A DNA stretch of 64,000 nucleotides from NCBI GenBank assembly GCA_034721895.1, contig JAYEND010000099.1:521-64520 (forward strand). The letters are read 5' to 3'. The notes beneath the pieces were generated by a model that was not told where the DNA came from, ran no database searches, and was given only the letters and a program-made list of their open reading frames with translations. The stretch's first letter is position 1. Each line of letters starts with the position of its first letter. Made by a program: the position numbers and the translations under genes. This document shows, one piece after another, positions 47,242 through 56,073 of this stretch. The stretch is from Campylobacterota bacterium (lineage in GTDB: Bacteria; Campylobacterota; Campylobacteria; Campylobacterales; Sulfurovaceae).

Positions 47242-48243
47242 ATGCATAAAGTGAGAGTTTTTATCAATGGTTTTGGTCGTATCGGTCGAAGTGCTTTACG
47301 TATCATGCTTGAAGATGATGCACTTGAAGTAGTGGGGATCAATGATATTTTTCCTGTTTCTCAATTCAAATATCTGCTGCAATATGATTCTCTTTACAAG
47401 AGCCTCCCTGAACAAATTACACTTGAACATGACAGGCTGACTGTCGGACAGCATCAAATCAAACTCTTTTGCCAAAAGGATCCTTCCGATCTGGATCTTG
47501 CTGCTTTGAATATTGATCTGCTATTGCAATGCAGCGGTCATTTCTTAACGCTCCAATCAAATGAGGCTTATCTTCAACAGGGAGTAAAAAAAGTCATCCT
47601 TTCTACTCCGGCACAGGACAGTATGCCCACCTATATCATGGGGTTCAATCACCAAAATTATCAAAATGAAAAAATCATCTCAAACTCCAGTTGCAGCAAC
47701 AATGCAATTGCTCCTATCATACATACGATAGAAAATCACTATGGCATCCGGCATGCTTGCATCAGCATGATACATAGCTATACCAGTGATCAAAACCTGC
47801 TGGATGGGAAAAGTGTAATCAATGAATTGCGACGATCTCGATCGGCGACACAAAATATTTTACCCCTGCACAGCACGGCAACCTCGACTCTGGCTTCTCT
47901 CTTCCCGCATTTAAAAAACAAACTTTATACAAAAAGTATCAGGGTACCCGTTAATGCGACAACACTGTATGACTTTACACTTTTTATCCAGAACCCGACA
48001 AATCAAGAAGAACTCAATGCTCTTTTTATTGAAAAATCCCAATGCTCTCTACACAATATTATCGATACAGACAATACTCATAAAGTCTCCTCGGATTATA
48101 TACAAAACAGGCATGGCGCAACGATAGATTTGTCCCTTACAGAAGTTTTGGATGATCATTGTGTCAAAATTTCAGCATGGCAGGATAACGAGTATGGATA
48201 TGCCTATCAGCTTGTACAGATGGCCAAATTTATAAGTACATAG
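47242..48243 (+). CDS. divergent glyceraldehyde-3-phosphate dehydrogenase-family protein (GAPDH/Epd-like)
   Basis: MHKVRVFINGFGRIGR..., catalytic-Cys region SNSSCSNNAIAP, and MIHSYTSDQ. The STGAAKA-equivalent reads STATSTL. AT-rich. Confidence 0.7.
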   Translation: MHKVRVFINGFGRIGRSALRIMLEDDALEVVGINDIFPVSQFKYLLQYDSLYKSLPEQITLEHDRLTVGQHQIKLFCQKDPSDLDLAALNIDLLLQCSGHFLTLQSNEAYLQQGVKKVILSTPAQDSMPTYIMGFNHQNYQNEKIISNSSCSNNAIAPIIHTIENHYGIRHACISMIHSYTSDQNLLDGKSVINELRRSRSATQNILPLHSTATSTLASLFPHLKNKLYTKSIRVPVNATTLYDFTLFIQNPTNQEELNALFIEKSQCSLHNIIDTDNTHKVSSDYIQNRHGATIDLSLTEVLDDHCVKISAWQDNEYGYAYQLVQMAKFIST

Positions 48244-48518
48244 GGGGTTTTGGAGGTGTTTTTATCTCCAGATAACCTCCAGGCCATTGGAGAGCCGTGA
48301 TATATCAAAAGGATTTTTTTTCTTCTTTAACTCTTCCGATTGTATTCTCTGTAAAGACAAATGGTTGCAAATAATACGTACTACTGTATCCTCTTTTAAC
48401 TTTTCCAGTATTTCATTTTGATTCATTCTTTTTTTTGTTTTTTAAAAATTTCCTGATCAAGATCAAGAGATCTAATTGGCTATAATGCTGTACATACAAC
48501 CTCTAAAGTGGACAAATA

Positions 48519-49256
48519 ATGAAAATACTTTTAGCGCCGAGTGAAACAAAAAAAAGTGGGGGAAGCAAAAACTTTGATATCGGATCCCTGCTCTTTGAGC
48601 CATTAAAATCCCAAAGAACACTGCTGCTTCATCACTATACCAACATCCTGCAAAAAGGTGAGTTGCAGGTTCTCAGCAAAATGTTTGGTCTGAAAAAAGA
48701 GTCTGATATCCTTGCACATAAAAAAGATATTGTCCACGAATTGACTATGAAAGCAATAGAGCGATATACCGGAGTAGCTTTTGATTACCTTGATTATACT
48801 GATCTGGGAGAGAAGGCACAACGATATATCGATGAACATGTCATCCTCTTCTCAAACCTCTTTGGTCCTATCAGAGCCAGTGATATGATACCCGAATACA
48901 GACTCAAACAGGGAGAAGCCGTGGGAGAGATCAAAGTAGAAAAATTTTACCGGGAACACGGCACTGCACTCATGGAGGAATATTTGGCCAACGAAGAGAT
49001 ACTTGACCTGCGTGCCGGTTTTTACGATAAATTTTACAAACCGAAAAAAGCCTATACCTCATTGAAATTTATCAAAGAGGGCAAAGTAGTCAGCCACTGG
49101 GCAAAGGCTTATCGTGGTATTGTACTGCGGGAAATTGCCAAAACAGGTGTCGAAACAATAGAAGCATTCATGAAACTGCCTATTGAAGGTCTGCAGATCG
49201 ATGAGATCCAAACCAGAAAAAACAAAATGGAGATTATCTATACGATAAGTATTTAA
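48519..49256 (+). CDS. yaaA: YaaA-family (UPF0246/DUF328) peroxide-stress protein
   Basis: 245 aa with MKILLAPSETKKSGG..., ERYTGVAFDYL and HWAKAYRG. Confidence 0.8.
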   Translation: MKILLAPSETKKSGGSKNFDIGSLLFEPLKSQRTLLLHHYTNILQKGELQVLSKMFGLKKESDILAHKKDIVHELTMKAIERYTGVAFDYLDYTDLGEKAQRYIDEHVILFSNLFGPIRASDMIPEYRLKQGEAVGEIKVEKFYREHGTALMEEYLANEEILDLRAGFYDKFYKPKKAYTSLKFIKEGKVVSHWAKAYRGIVLREIAKTGVETIEAFMKLPIEGLQIDEIQTRKNKMEIIYTISI

Positions 49257-49372
49257 TGATGCAGGATAATAACAAGTATGAGAAAGAGTTTGACCGTGTT
49301 TATTGGATCTATATCATCATTCTTACTCTTACTGTCATAATCGGTATTCTTTTTGATACGCATTATGGATAA
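49256..49372 (+). CDS. possible 38-aa single-TM small protein
   Basis: MMQDNNKYEKEFDRVYWIYIIILTLTVIIGILFDTHYG. The start overlaps the yaaA stop (TAATG). There is no independent SD and no homology evidence. Confidence 0.3.
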   Translation: MMQDNNKYEKEFDRVYWIYIIILTLTVIIGILFDTHYG

Positions 49373-49395
49373 AATATGACAAAAAGGCTTGATAG

Positions 49396-49737
49396 ATGAA
49401 AGAGAATCTGTTTGAAATCGGTGCCAAGTTTGAAGATGGCTGGTCATCAGACAACAAAGAAAAATCTTCCAAAAACTCTTCAAATCCCTGTGGAGAGACT
49501 TTGACACCCCAGAAACATCAACTCCACTTTGCCAGAGAGAAACGCAGGGGTAAAATGGTAACCATTGTCAAACCTTTTTGTCTCGAGAAAAAAGAGCTGC
49601 AGTCCCTCCTGAAAACACTCAAGAAAAAGTTGGGTACCGGCGGCACACTGAAAGAAAACAGTCTGGAGTTTCAGGGAGAGCTGGAGGATCAGTTGAGAGT
49701 ACAATTTGAGAAATTGGAGTATCGATTTAAAAAATAG
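49396..49737 (+). CDS. yciH: translation initiation factor SUI1/YciH family
   Basis: 113 aa, ...REKRRGKMVTIVKPF...LLKTLKKKLGTGGTLKENSLEFQGE. Confidence 0.85.
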   Translation: MKENLFEIGAKFEDGWSSDNKEKSSKNSSNPCGETLTPQKHQLHFAREKRRGKMVTIVKPFCLEKKELQSLLKTLKKKLGTGGTLKENSLEFQGELEDQLRVQFEKLEYRFKK

Positions 49738-49738
49738 G

Positions 49739-51013
49739 TTATTTCCCTATTGCCAAAGCATAAAGCACCATCTCTTCATTGTCCACAAAGACATTGACCT
49801 CATCATCATAAAAGGCTCCGATACCGCTGCAACCGATCCCCAGATAATTTGATGCGATATAGAGTCTATAGCCTATGATCCCTGCTTTTTGATAAAGTGC
49901 CTGATAATTTTTGGCGCTTGACGTAAGAAAGAAAGTGACAGCTCCTTCCTCGGCCAGCGAGTATTGTTCCAGGCAGAGATAGCCTGCCTGTCTGGAAAAA
50001 TCACCATATTTGAGGTAGTCTCCATCCTTATAGAGCCCCAGAGGCATATCAAATACACGGTTCACTACGGCATAAATGGATATTTCCTCATCACAATCAC
50101 TTAAAATAGGTTGATGCAAAACATCCATAATATAGTGAAACTGGCCTTTGGTTATGGCACCCTCATTGAATCCTCGTTGAGATCTACGGGCAAAGATGGT
50201 TTCCTGTAGTTTTTGCGTGTGGTAACTAAACTTCGATGCTTTTATCTCTTTTTTGCACCCTTCCGGAAGCATCGTTTCTTCATAGGCTTGTTCGATGAGA
50301 GGGTTTGGCTCAAAAGTACGACTCCCTTCTACATAAGGGAGTTCAAACTGGATAGCTTTTACCTCATCCTTGAGAGGCACAGCCACGCTGGCAGCAGAAA
50401 GAAACCACTCTCTTCCCTCAAAACCAAACATGCGGTTGAGTTTTGCTCTCTCGATCTTATAAATCACCTGTACAGCATGGGGTTTGAGCAATGCACTGGC
50501 TTCAATACTTCCCAAAAGATGTCCACCATCCAAAAGACAATAACGAAAAGCACGATTTTTATATTTCCAACTGGAGCGATAGTAAATAGCAGAGACAAGA
50601 AATAGATAGCCCTTCATGGCTGTTTTGTATCCAAGACAGGGTTCTATCCCCTCACTCCCATCAATGCTTTGAAGCAAAGTAATCGACTGTGAGCTCACCT
50701 CATAATGATAAATACCATCTGTTATCCCCTCGACACCTCTTGCCTGAAAATAAAGTTCATTGGGATAGAGCGCTCCTGCACTGGGATTGATACGGAGATA
50801 GTACTCTGCTCCCGGATAAGTTTTTTTGGCTGTCAAACCCGCAATATGATAAAGAAACTGATCTTCTTCATAATCCAAATCAAGTTTACGTTTCGTATAT
50901 GTTTCCGGGTAGTTTTTATAGGTACTGGGCTGGTTTTCCCAAGAGAGTCTATTGGGATTGGTTCGTACAGAATTGTAGGAGTGTTTGGTCTGCTTATGAT
51001 ACCAAAACATCAA
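49739..51013 (-). CDS. SagB/ThcOx-type dehydrogenase (double nitroreductase fold)
   Basis: 424 aa. N-terminal YHKQTKHSYNS motif typical of the SagB-type dehydrogenase domain. C-terminal nitroreductase-like region (RRSQRGF...GIGAFYDDEV). Confidence 0.7.
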   Translation of the reverse strand: MMFWYHKQTKHSYNSVRTNPNRLSWENQPSTYKNYPETYTKRKLDLDYEEDQFLYHIAGLTAKKTYPGAEYYLRINPSAGALYPNELYFQARGVEGITDGIYHYEVSSQSITLLQSIDGSEGIEPCLGYKTAMKGYLFLVSAIYYRSSWKYKNRAFRYCLLDGGHLLGSIEASALLKPHAVQVIYKIERAKLNRMFGFEGREWFLSAASVAVPLKDEVKAIQFELPYVEGSRTFEPNPLIEQAYEETMLPEGCKKEIKASKFSYHTQKLQETIFARRSQRGFNEGAITKGQFHYIMDVLHQPILSDCDEEISIYAVVNRVFDMPLGLYKDGDYLKYGDFSRQAGYLCLEQYSLAEEGAVTFFLTSSAKNYQALYQKAGIIGYRLYIASNYLGIGCSGIGAFYDDEVNVFVDNEEMVLYALAIGK

Positions 51014-51356
51014 AGACCTCTTTGTATTTCTGCTTTAGCCCTTCTATCTCTATACATGCCTTCCCAAACAAATCTGCATGGTCTACTTCACTCGTGCATA
51101 GGTATTTGTGCCGCTCATAAGAAGCGATCACTCTTTGCGCTTTGATATGTGCATTCTTCCGGTCCCTTTTGAGATGCTCAAAACTGATCGCCCCGTTGAT
51201 CAGCCCTTTGGTGAGATTTTTCAAAGGGTGATCTGCTCTACGCAAAGGATGCCAAGCCTCTTCGAGTACTTCATGGGCATCAAAATATTCCTGCTTCCCC
51301 AAGAGCAGCAAATACTCTCTCAAAGCACCCTCTAAATCATTATTTTCTTTGAGCAT
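50994..51356 (-). CDS. DUF309-domain protein
   Basis: 120 aa, ...GKQEYFDAHEVLEEAWHP...KGLINGAISFEHLKRDR. Its 3' end overlaps the SagB-like start by 17-20 nt. Confidence 0.65.
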   Translation of the reverse strand: MLKENNDLEGALREYLLLLGKQEYFDAHEVLEEAWHPLRRADHPLKNLTKGLINGAISFEHLKRDRKNAHIKAQRVIASYERHKYLCTSEVDHADLFGKACIEIEGLKQKYKEVFDVLVS

Positions 51357-51372
51357 TCGTTGCCTTCATATC

Positions 51373-53403
51373 CTATTTCCATTTCATCGCCGGTTTGGTA
51401 CCTATCATCGCTTTTTCTACTTCGATCTTTTTGATCAATTCATCCAAAGCTTTACTCTCTGCAAAACAACTGTTGAGTTTACAAGCAAGATAATTCTCTG
51501 AATCCTGTACCTTGGTCAGCACAAAAGGATAGTCAATATTCACTATTTTTGCTTCTGCTTTGCTTAAATTCTCAGAATTGGACTTGATCACAATATCCCC
51601 AATCTCCTGACGAAGAAAAACCGTCATAAATTTTGGAGCTTCTGCCGGACTGTTTGCCAGAATCGCACCATAACTCTCCAGACTCTTGTTGACTATTTCA
51701 CTAAGCTTCAAATCTTCCGTCAAAACAGCCAGCGAAGTCAATCCTGAGAGCATCACACTCAAGGGAGATGTGTAATATTTGTCATCAGTATCTGCTATTA
51801 CACCAATACCATCACTACTGAGATACCATCTTCCCTGACAGTAAAAAAGTGATAGTGCTTTCATTGCAAAGCTCTGGGCAAGATGCAGGTAACGCTCTTT
51901 GTGTGTCACCTGATATGCCTCGATCAAAGCATCAACCATAAAGGCATAATCCTCCAGAAGTCCCTCCTGCTCCGGTTTTTTACCAAATAATACCTGATGA
52001 TAAAGTGTCTCTTCTTTTGACATCAGGGCCAACAATTGCTTCATCCGGCCTTCACCCTCTTTGATATATCTTTTTTCTATTCGTCCGGCAGAAAAAAATG
52101 CCTTGACCATCATCGCATTCCAGGCTGTGATGATTTTCCTATCCACAAAAGGGAAAGTTCTGCTGCTTCGCAATGTCTTAAGGCGGGATTTGATCTGATC
52201 AATTTCAGCAGGTGGCTGATCTGAAGTGATATGGATATGGGAAAAGTCCCCATCAAGATTCCCATCCTCTTCTATCCCGAGATATGCCAACGCCTTTTTG
52301 ATTTTTGTCTCGTTGAAACCTCTCTCTTTCAACTCCTTCATAACATTTCGATAATCATAAATAAAGTAACCGCCCTCCTCCCCGCCACTATCAGCATCAC
52401 TCGCAGAATAATAGAGTCCTTTTTGCATCAAGTGCCGATCCATCTCCCCGATAGTCTCATTGACAACTTTGAAGAATAGGGGTTGCGGGTCGACCAGATA
52501 GAGTTGTACATAAAGAGGGATCAGCTCTGCATTGGTATAGAGCATCTTTTCAAAATGGGGTATCTGCCATCTTCGGTCAGTGGTGTAGCGGAAAAATCCT
52601 CCATCGATCTGATCATAAAGCCCACTTTGAGCCATCTTGACCAGTGTCTCTCTGGCCATTGTCAATGCTTTTTGATTGCCATTGATACGATAGATATCCA
52701 GTAGGAGTGCGATTTTTGATGCTTCCGGAAATTTGGGCCGCTTTCCAAATCCTCCATTCTGTGCATCAAAATGGTCTTCCATCTCTTTGAGTATTTTTTC
52801 AATTATTTTCTGATCAAACTTTACCGTTTGACTTTGTTCTGAAGATCCCTTTTTGGCAATCTTTTCATAAGCAGTGGCCAACTTCATGATCTTTTCCGGT
52901 TCTTGACGCGAGAGATCGGCATAGTAAGGCAACAGATTCATCATTCCCCTGGAACCATATCCCTCCTCTTTGGGGATATAGGTCGTCACATAAAACGGTT
53001 TTTGATCCGATGTCAAAAAAACACTCAGAGGCCATCCTCCGCTTCTTCCATTGAGAAATTTAAAAAGCTGTTGATACTTTTTGTCTATCTGAGGCAACGC
53101 TTCCCTATCAACCTTGATAGGGACATAGTCCCGGTTGAGCAATGCCGCTACCTCTTCACTCTCAAAACTCTCCTCCTCCATGACATGACACCAGTGACAG
53201 GTACTGTAACCGATGGAAAGGAAGATCAGTTTATTTTCTTCTTTTGCCTTGGCAAAAGCTTCCTCCCCCCAAGGGTACCAATTGACAGGGTTATGGGCAT
53301 GCTGCTGAAGATAGGGCGAATCTTCATGGATCAGGGTATTGGTGAATTGATGCTCTGCCCATAAAAAATTAAAAATTATTATCAGAAAAATATACTTTTT
53401 CAT
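51373..53403 (-). CDS. secreted thioredoxin-domain protein, DUF255/YyaL (SPATA20-like) family
   Basis: About 676 aa from Met 53403 ([16 protein letters not shown] signal). Contains [14 protein letters not shown] and [14 protein letters not shown], followed by a long alpha/alpha-toroid-like region. Confidence 0.8.
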   Translation of the reverse strand: MKKYIFLIIIFNFLWAEHQFTNTLIHEDSPYLQQHAHNPVNWYPWGEEAFAKAKEENKLIFLSIGYSTCHWCHVMEEESFESEEVAALLNRDYVPIKVDREALPQIDKKYQQLFKFLNGRSGGWPLSVFLTSDQKPFYVTTYIPKEEGYGSRGMMNLLPYYADLSRQEPEKIMKLATAYEKIAKKGSSEQSQTVKFDQKIIEKILKEMEDHFDAQNGGFGKRPKFPEASKIALLLDIYRINGNQKALTMARETLVKMAQSGLYDQIDGGFFRYTTDRRWQIPHFEKMLYTNAELIPLYVQLYLVDPQPLFFKVVNETIGEMDRHLMQKGLYYSASDADSGGEEGGYFIYDYRNVMKELKERGFNETKIKKALAYLGIEEDGNLDGDFSHIHITSDQPPAEIDQIKSRLKTLRSSRTFPFVDRKIITAWNAMMVKAFFSAGRIEKRYIKEGEGRMKQLLALMSKEETLYHQVLFGKKPEQEGLLEDYAFMVDALIEAYQVTHKERYLHLAQSFAMKALSLFYCQGRWYLSSDGIGVIADTDDKYYTSPLSVMLSGLTSLAVLTEDLKLSEIVNKSLESYGAILANSPAEAPKFMTVFLRQEIGDIVIKSNSENLSKAEAKIVNIDYPFVLTKVQDSENYLACKLNSCFAESKALDELIKKIEVEKAMIGTKPAMKWK

Positions 53404-53457
53404 TTTTATCCATTTAATGTATAATCGTTCTAAATATACCATATTTGCGAGCCAACT

Positions 53458-53799
53458 ATGACACAAAAAGAAAAAAATGAAATCAAAGAGAAGATCCGGG
53501 CTGATATCGCCCTATTGGCAGAACAGATCAAAGTACTTGAAGAGAAAACAAAACCCATTTCGCCTGATTGTTCACTGGGAAGATTGACACGCCTTGAAGC
53601 GATGGGCGAGCAGCATGTCAATCACAAAGTCCTTGATGAGTCCAAACTGCGATTTACCAGACTCAAGAATGCCCTCTTGCGTATCGATAAACCCATGTTT
53701 GGTATCTGTATCGAATGCGAGGAAGAGATCCCCATCGGACGAATGATGGCACGCCCGGAGAGCGTGAGATGTGTAGAGTGTGCCAATATACACACGTAG
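53458..53799 (+). CDS. DksA/TraR-family C4 zinc-finger protein
   Basis: 113 aa with a coiled-coil N-terminus and [25 protein letters not shown]. The stop TAG lies inside the REP arm. Confidence 0.8.
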   Translation: MTQKEKNEIKEKIRADIALLAEQIKVLEEKTKPISPDCSLGRLTRLEAMGEQHVNHKVLDESKLRFTRLKNALLRIDKPMFGICIECEEEIPIGRMMARPESVRCVECANIHT

Positions 53800-53882
53800 G
53801 GTGCGTAACCACGCACCTTTACAAGATAACAAACCTTTAAATCTTACACACAACAAGAGCGGTGCGTGGTTACGCACCCTAC
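53796..53882. repeat. REP doublet (REPIN-like): perfect 22-bp inverted repeat, 43-nt spacer
   Basis: GTAGGGTGCGTAACCACGCACC (53796-53817) and its exact reverse complement (53861-53882). Each arm is GTAG plus a self-complementary GGTGCGT-N4-ACGCACC. Confidence 0.8.
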
Positions 53883-54532
53883 AGGCTCTCTATGTTTCCC
53901 ACCACTTTTCCGACAATTCTCACCTCATCCGGAGCAAGCACCTCTGGCGAGTAGGCTTTGTTGTCTGAGATAAGCTCCACCATGCCATCTGCTCTCTGTC
54001 GAATTCGCTTGATAAAGAGCCCTGCGTTGGTAGCGGCGATAAATACTCCATCTTTGTTGATATTGGTCTGCTCCCTGTCGATAAATACGATCGAACCATC
54101 CTGCAGTGTAGGCTCCATCGATTCGCCGTCGACATGGATCGCTTCCAGGCTGGTACTGCCGTAGCCGACCATATTTTGAACGATCTTTTCATCGATTGTG
54201 ATCAACTCATAATTCTCATCAAAGACCTCCGCTCCGCCTCCGGCACTGGCACGAAGCTCTGCAAAATAACGTACTTGGAAAAACTTATTGGTCTCTTCGA
54301 TCAGCATCTCTACAGGCTGGTCAAAAAAGAGCCAGTTGATGCTGAGCTTCTTAGCCGCACAAAACTGCATCAACTCTTCATAGGGAATAGAATTACGCTT
54401 CTTCATCGTTGCAAATGACGTTTGAGGGATACCCAACTCCATTGCCACATCTTTATCAAAGACCTTCCCCCCGATCTTTTTGGTAGAGATCACATCTTTC
54501 AATTTCTCAATAATTTCACTAAACTCGATCAT
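53879..54532 (-). CDS. CI/LexA-type repressor (phage-CI HTH + S24 peptidase domain)
   Basis: 217 aa. N-terminal HTH ...VAMELGIPQTSFATMKKRNSIPYEELMQFCAAKKLSINWLFF. C-terminal GESMEPTL...LFIKRI (Ser/Lys dyad). Confidence 0.8.
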   Translation of the reverse strand: MIEFSEIIEKLKDVISTKKIGGKVFDKDVAMELGIPQTSFATMKKRNSIPYEELMQFCAAKKLSINWLFFDQPVEMLIEETNKFFQVRYFAELRASAGGGAEVFDENYELITIDEKIVQNMVGYGSTSLEAIHVDGESMEPTLQDGSIVFIDREQTNINKDGVFIAATNAGLFIKRIRQRADGMVELISDNKAYSPEVLAPDEVRIVGKVVGNIESL

Positions 54533-54562
54533 TTTGACTCCTTTATGACTATAGATATAAAG

Positions 54563-54643
54563 AATTGTAACCTTTTAATCCTTAATATATTACAATTTGA
54601 AATAATTTTATAATTATTTCTATTTTTTTCATACAATTTGACA
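54563..54643. promoter_or_regulatory. operator-like repeats upstream of the S24 repressor gene
   Basis: TACAATTTGA at 54591-54600 and 54632-54641 (direct, 41 nt apart), plus an inverted copy AATTGTAA at 54563-54570. Confidence 0.35.
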
Positions 54644-54667
54644 TATTTATTCAAAAAAGGATCTCAA

Positions 54668-54778
54668 ATGGATTTTAAAAGAAACAGAAAACTGATGAAT
54701 GAAGCGCTCAATTCAGGATGTAGAACCATGGCAGAGCTGGCACTCTACCTCAAACTTAGAGGTTTGGTACACGCTTAA
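54668..54778 (+). CDS. possible 36-aa ORF divergent from the repressor (Cro-position)
   Basis: MDFKRNRKLMNEALNSGCRTMAELALYLKLRGLVHA. SD-like AAGGA lies 6 nt upstream. No homology evidence. Confidence 0.25.
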   Translation: MDFKRNRKLMNEALNSGCRTMAELALYLKLRGLVHA

Positions 54779-54783
54779 GGATA

Positions 54784-55989
54784 TTAATTTAGAAGTAGGA
54801 CATTTACCTTTTTCCCTGCTTCTTTGCTCGACTCCTCTTCACTTGTTACAAGCAATGCCGTGTCACCCAGCATATTGGTAAGGATCGCACTGGAGCCAAC
54901 CTTCTTTCCTTTGAAGTCGACTAAATATTCCCCATCAGCCAAAGAAATATTACAGGCAGTGAATTCCGCTTTTTTTGCACGTTTGATGAAAGGTTCTTTC
55001 AGTGTTGCTTTAACCTTGCGAAGTGTGCATTTCCCCTGCTGTAGTTTGGCGATCAGCGGTACAACATAAAGCAGTGCCGTCACTGCTGAAGAATAGGCAA
55101 AGCCAGGCAAGCCGATAATAAATTTATCGCCCTTTCGTGCCACCATGATATGCTGTCCCGGCTTCACGCGAACACCCTTGAAGACAACATCGCATCCAAG
55201 CTCCCGGATCACATCTTTTACAAAATCAAAATCGCCGACACTGACACCACCGGTCGTCACCACAATATCGCTCTGTGCCAATGCAGCCGCTATAGCCACC
55301 GTAATACTCTCTTTGTCATCCGGGATACAACCATGCTGGACCGGTACACCCTCATATTTTTTGACAATGGCTTCCAGAATATAGTTATTGGAACTTCTGA
55401 TCTGCGCATCACCGGTTTGAACTTCCCCCAGTTCCAGAAGTTCACTTCCGGTAGAGAGGATCGAAACGGTTGGCTTGTCAAAGACAAGAGGAGTAACAAT
55501 GTTGAGGCTTGCCATAACACCGATTTGGGCGAAATCGATCTTCGTACCTTTTTGGATCAGGCATTGGCCTTTGGCATAATTCTCACCCACTTCCCGGACA
55601 GAAAATCCTTTGGGCACCTCCTCTTTGATAATGACCTCATCACCCTCTACTTCCACATTCTCAACAGGAATAAGCGTATCGCTCCCTTCCGGCATCAAAG
55701 AACCGGTAAACGTCTTGATGCAGACACCTTCTGTCACCTGATCACTGAGATCTGTTCCCGCAGGATTAATACCTGATATTTTCACTTTTCCTACCTGTAT
55801 ATCCTTATGACGAAGAGCATAGCCATCCATGGCTGAGGTAGGATACTCCGGAGAGTTATGATCAGCCACAATATCCTCGGCCAGAACATAACCAAACGCA
55901 TCGCAGAGATAGAGTTTTTTGGTCTTGTAGCTTCTGATCTCAAGATCACGAATCATTTCGATCGATTCATCAAAGTGCATAAATGCCAT
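54784..55989 (-). CDS. moeA: molybdopterin molybdenumtransferase MoeA
   Basis: 401 aa with SAMDGYAL, ILSTGSEL and VVTTGGVSVGDFDFVKD. Confidence 0.92.
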   Translation of the reverse strand: MAFMHFDESIEMIRDLEIRSYKTKKLYLCDAFGYVLAEDIVADHNSPEYPTSAMDGYALRHKDIQVGKVKISGINPAGTDLSDQVTEGVCIKTFTGSLMPEGSDTLIPVENVEVEGDEVIIKEEVPKGFSVREVGENYAKGQCLIQKGTKIDFAQIGVMASLNIVTPLVFDKPTVSILSTGSELLELGEVQTGDAQIRSSNNYILEAIVKKYEGVPVQHGCIPDDKESITVAIAAALAQSDIVVTTGGVSVGDFDFVKDVIRELGCDVVFKGVRVKPGQHIMVARKGDKFIIGLPGFAYSSAVTALLYVVPLIAKLQQGKCTLRKVKATLKEPFIKRAKKAEFTACNISLADGEYLVDFKGKKVGSSAILTNMLGDTALLVTSEEESSKEAGKKVNVLLLN

Positions 55990-56009
55990 CTTTTATTATC
56001 CTTCTTCGT

Positions 56010-56073
56010 GTAGGGTGCGTACTCACGCACCTTAAATTTAATATATGTATTGGTACGTGAGTACGCACCCTAC
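56010..56073. repeat. REP doublet (REPIN-like), second copy: 22-bp arms, 1 mismatch, 20-nt spacer
   Basis: GTAGGGTGCGTACTCACGCACC (56010-31) / GGTACGTGAGTACGCACCCTAC (56052-73). The moaE stop (56070-72) is the CTA of the right arm. Confidence 0.75.

Noticed and set aside
48262-48426. 54-aa minus-strand ORF (MNQNEILEKLKEDTVVRIICNHLSLQRIQSEELKKKKNPFDISRLSNGLEVIWR) in the gap-like/yaaA spacer
   Set aside because: There is no SD-like sequence upstream (a pure A/T run) and no family resemblance. It is kept only as a note, and conservation in relatives would be needed to call it.
53458-54778. Prophage or integrated element around the CI/S24 repressor
   Set aside because: There is no integrase, excisionase, structural, lysis or att-like sequence in the flanks, and the neighbours are core metabolism genes. 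It is reported as an isolated regulatory module instead.
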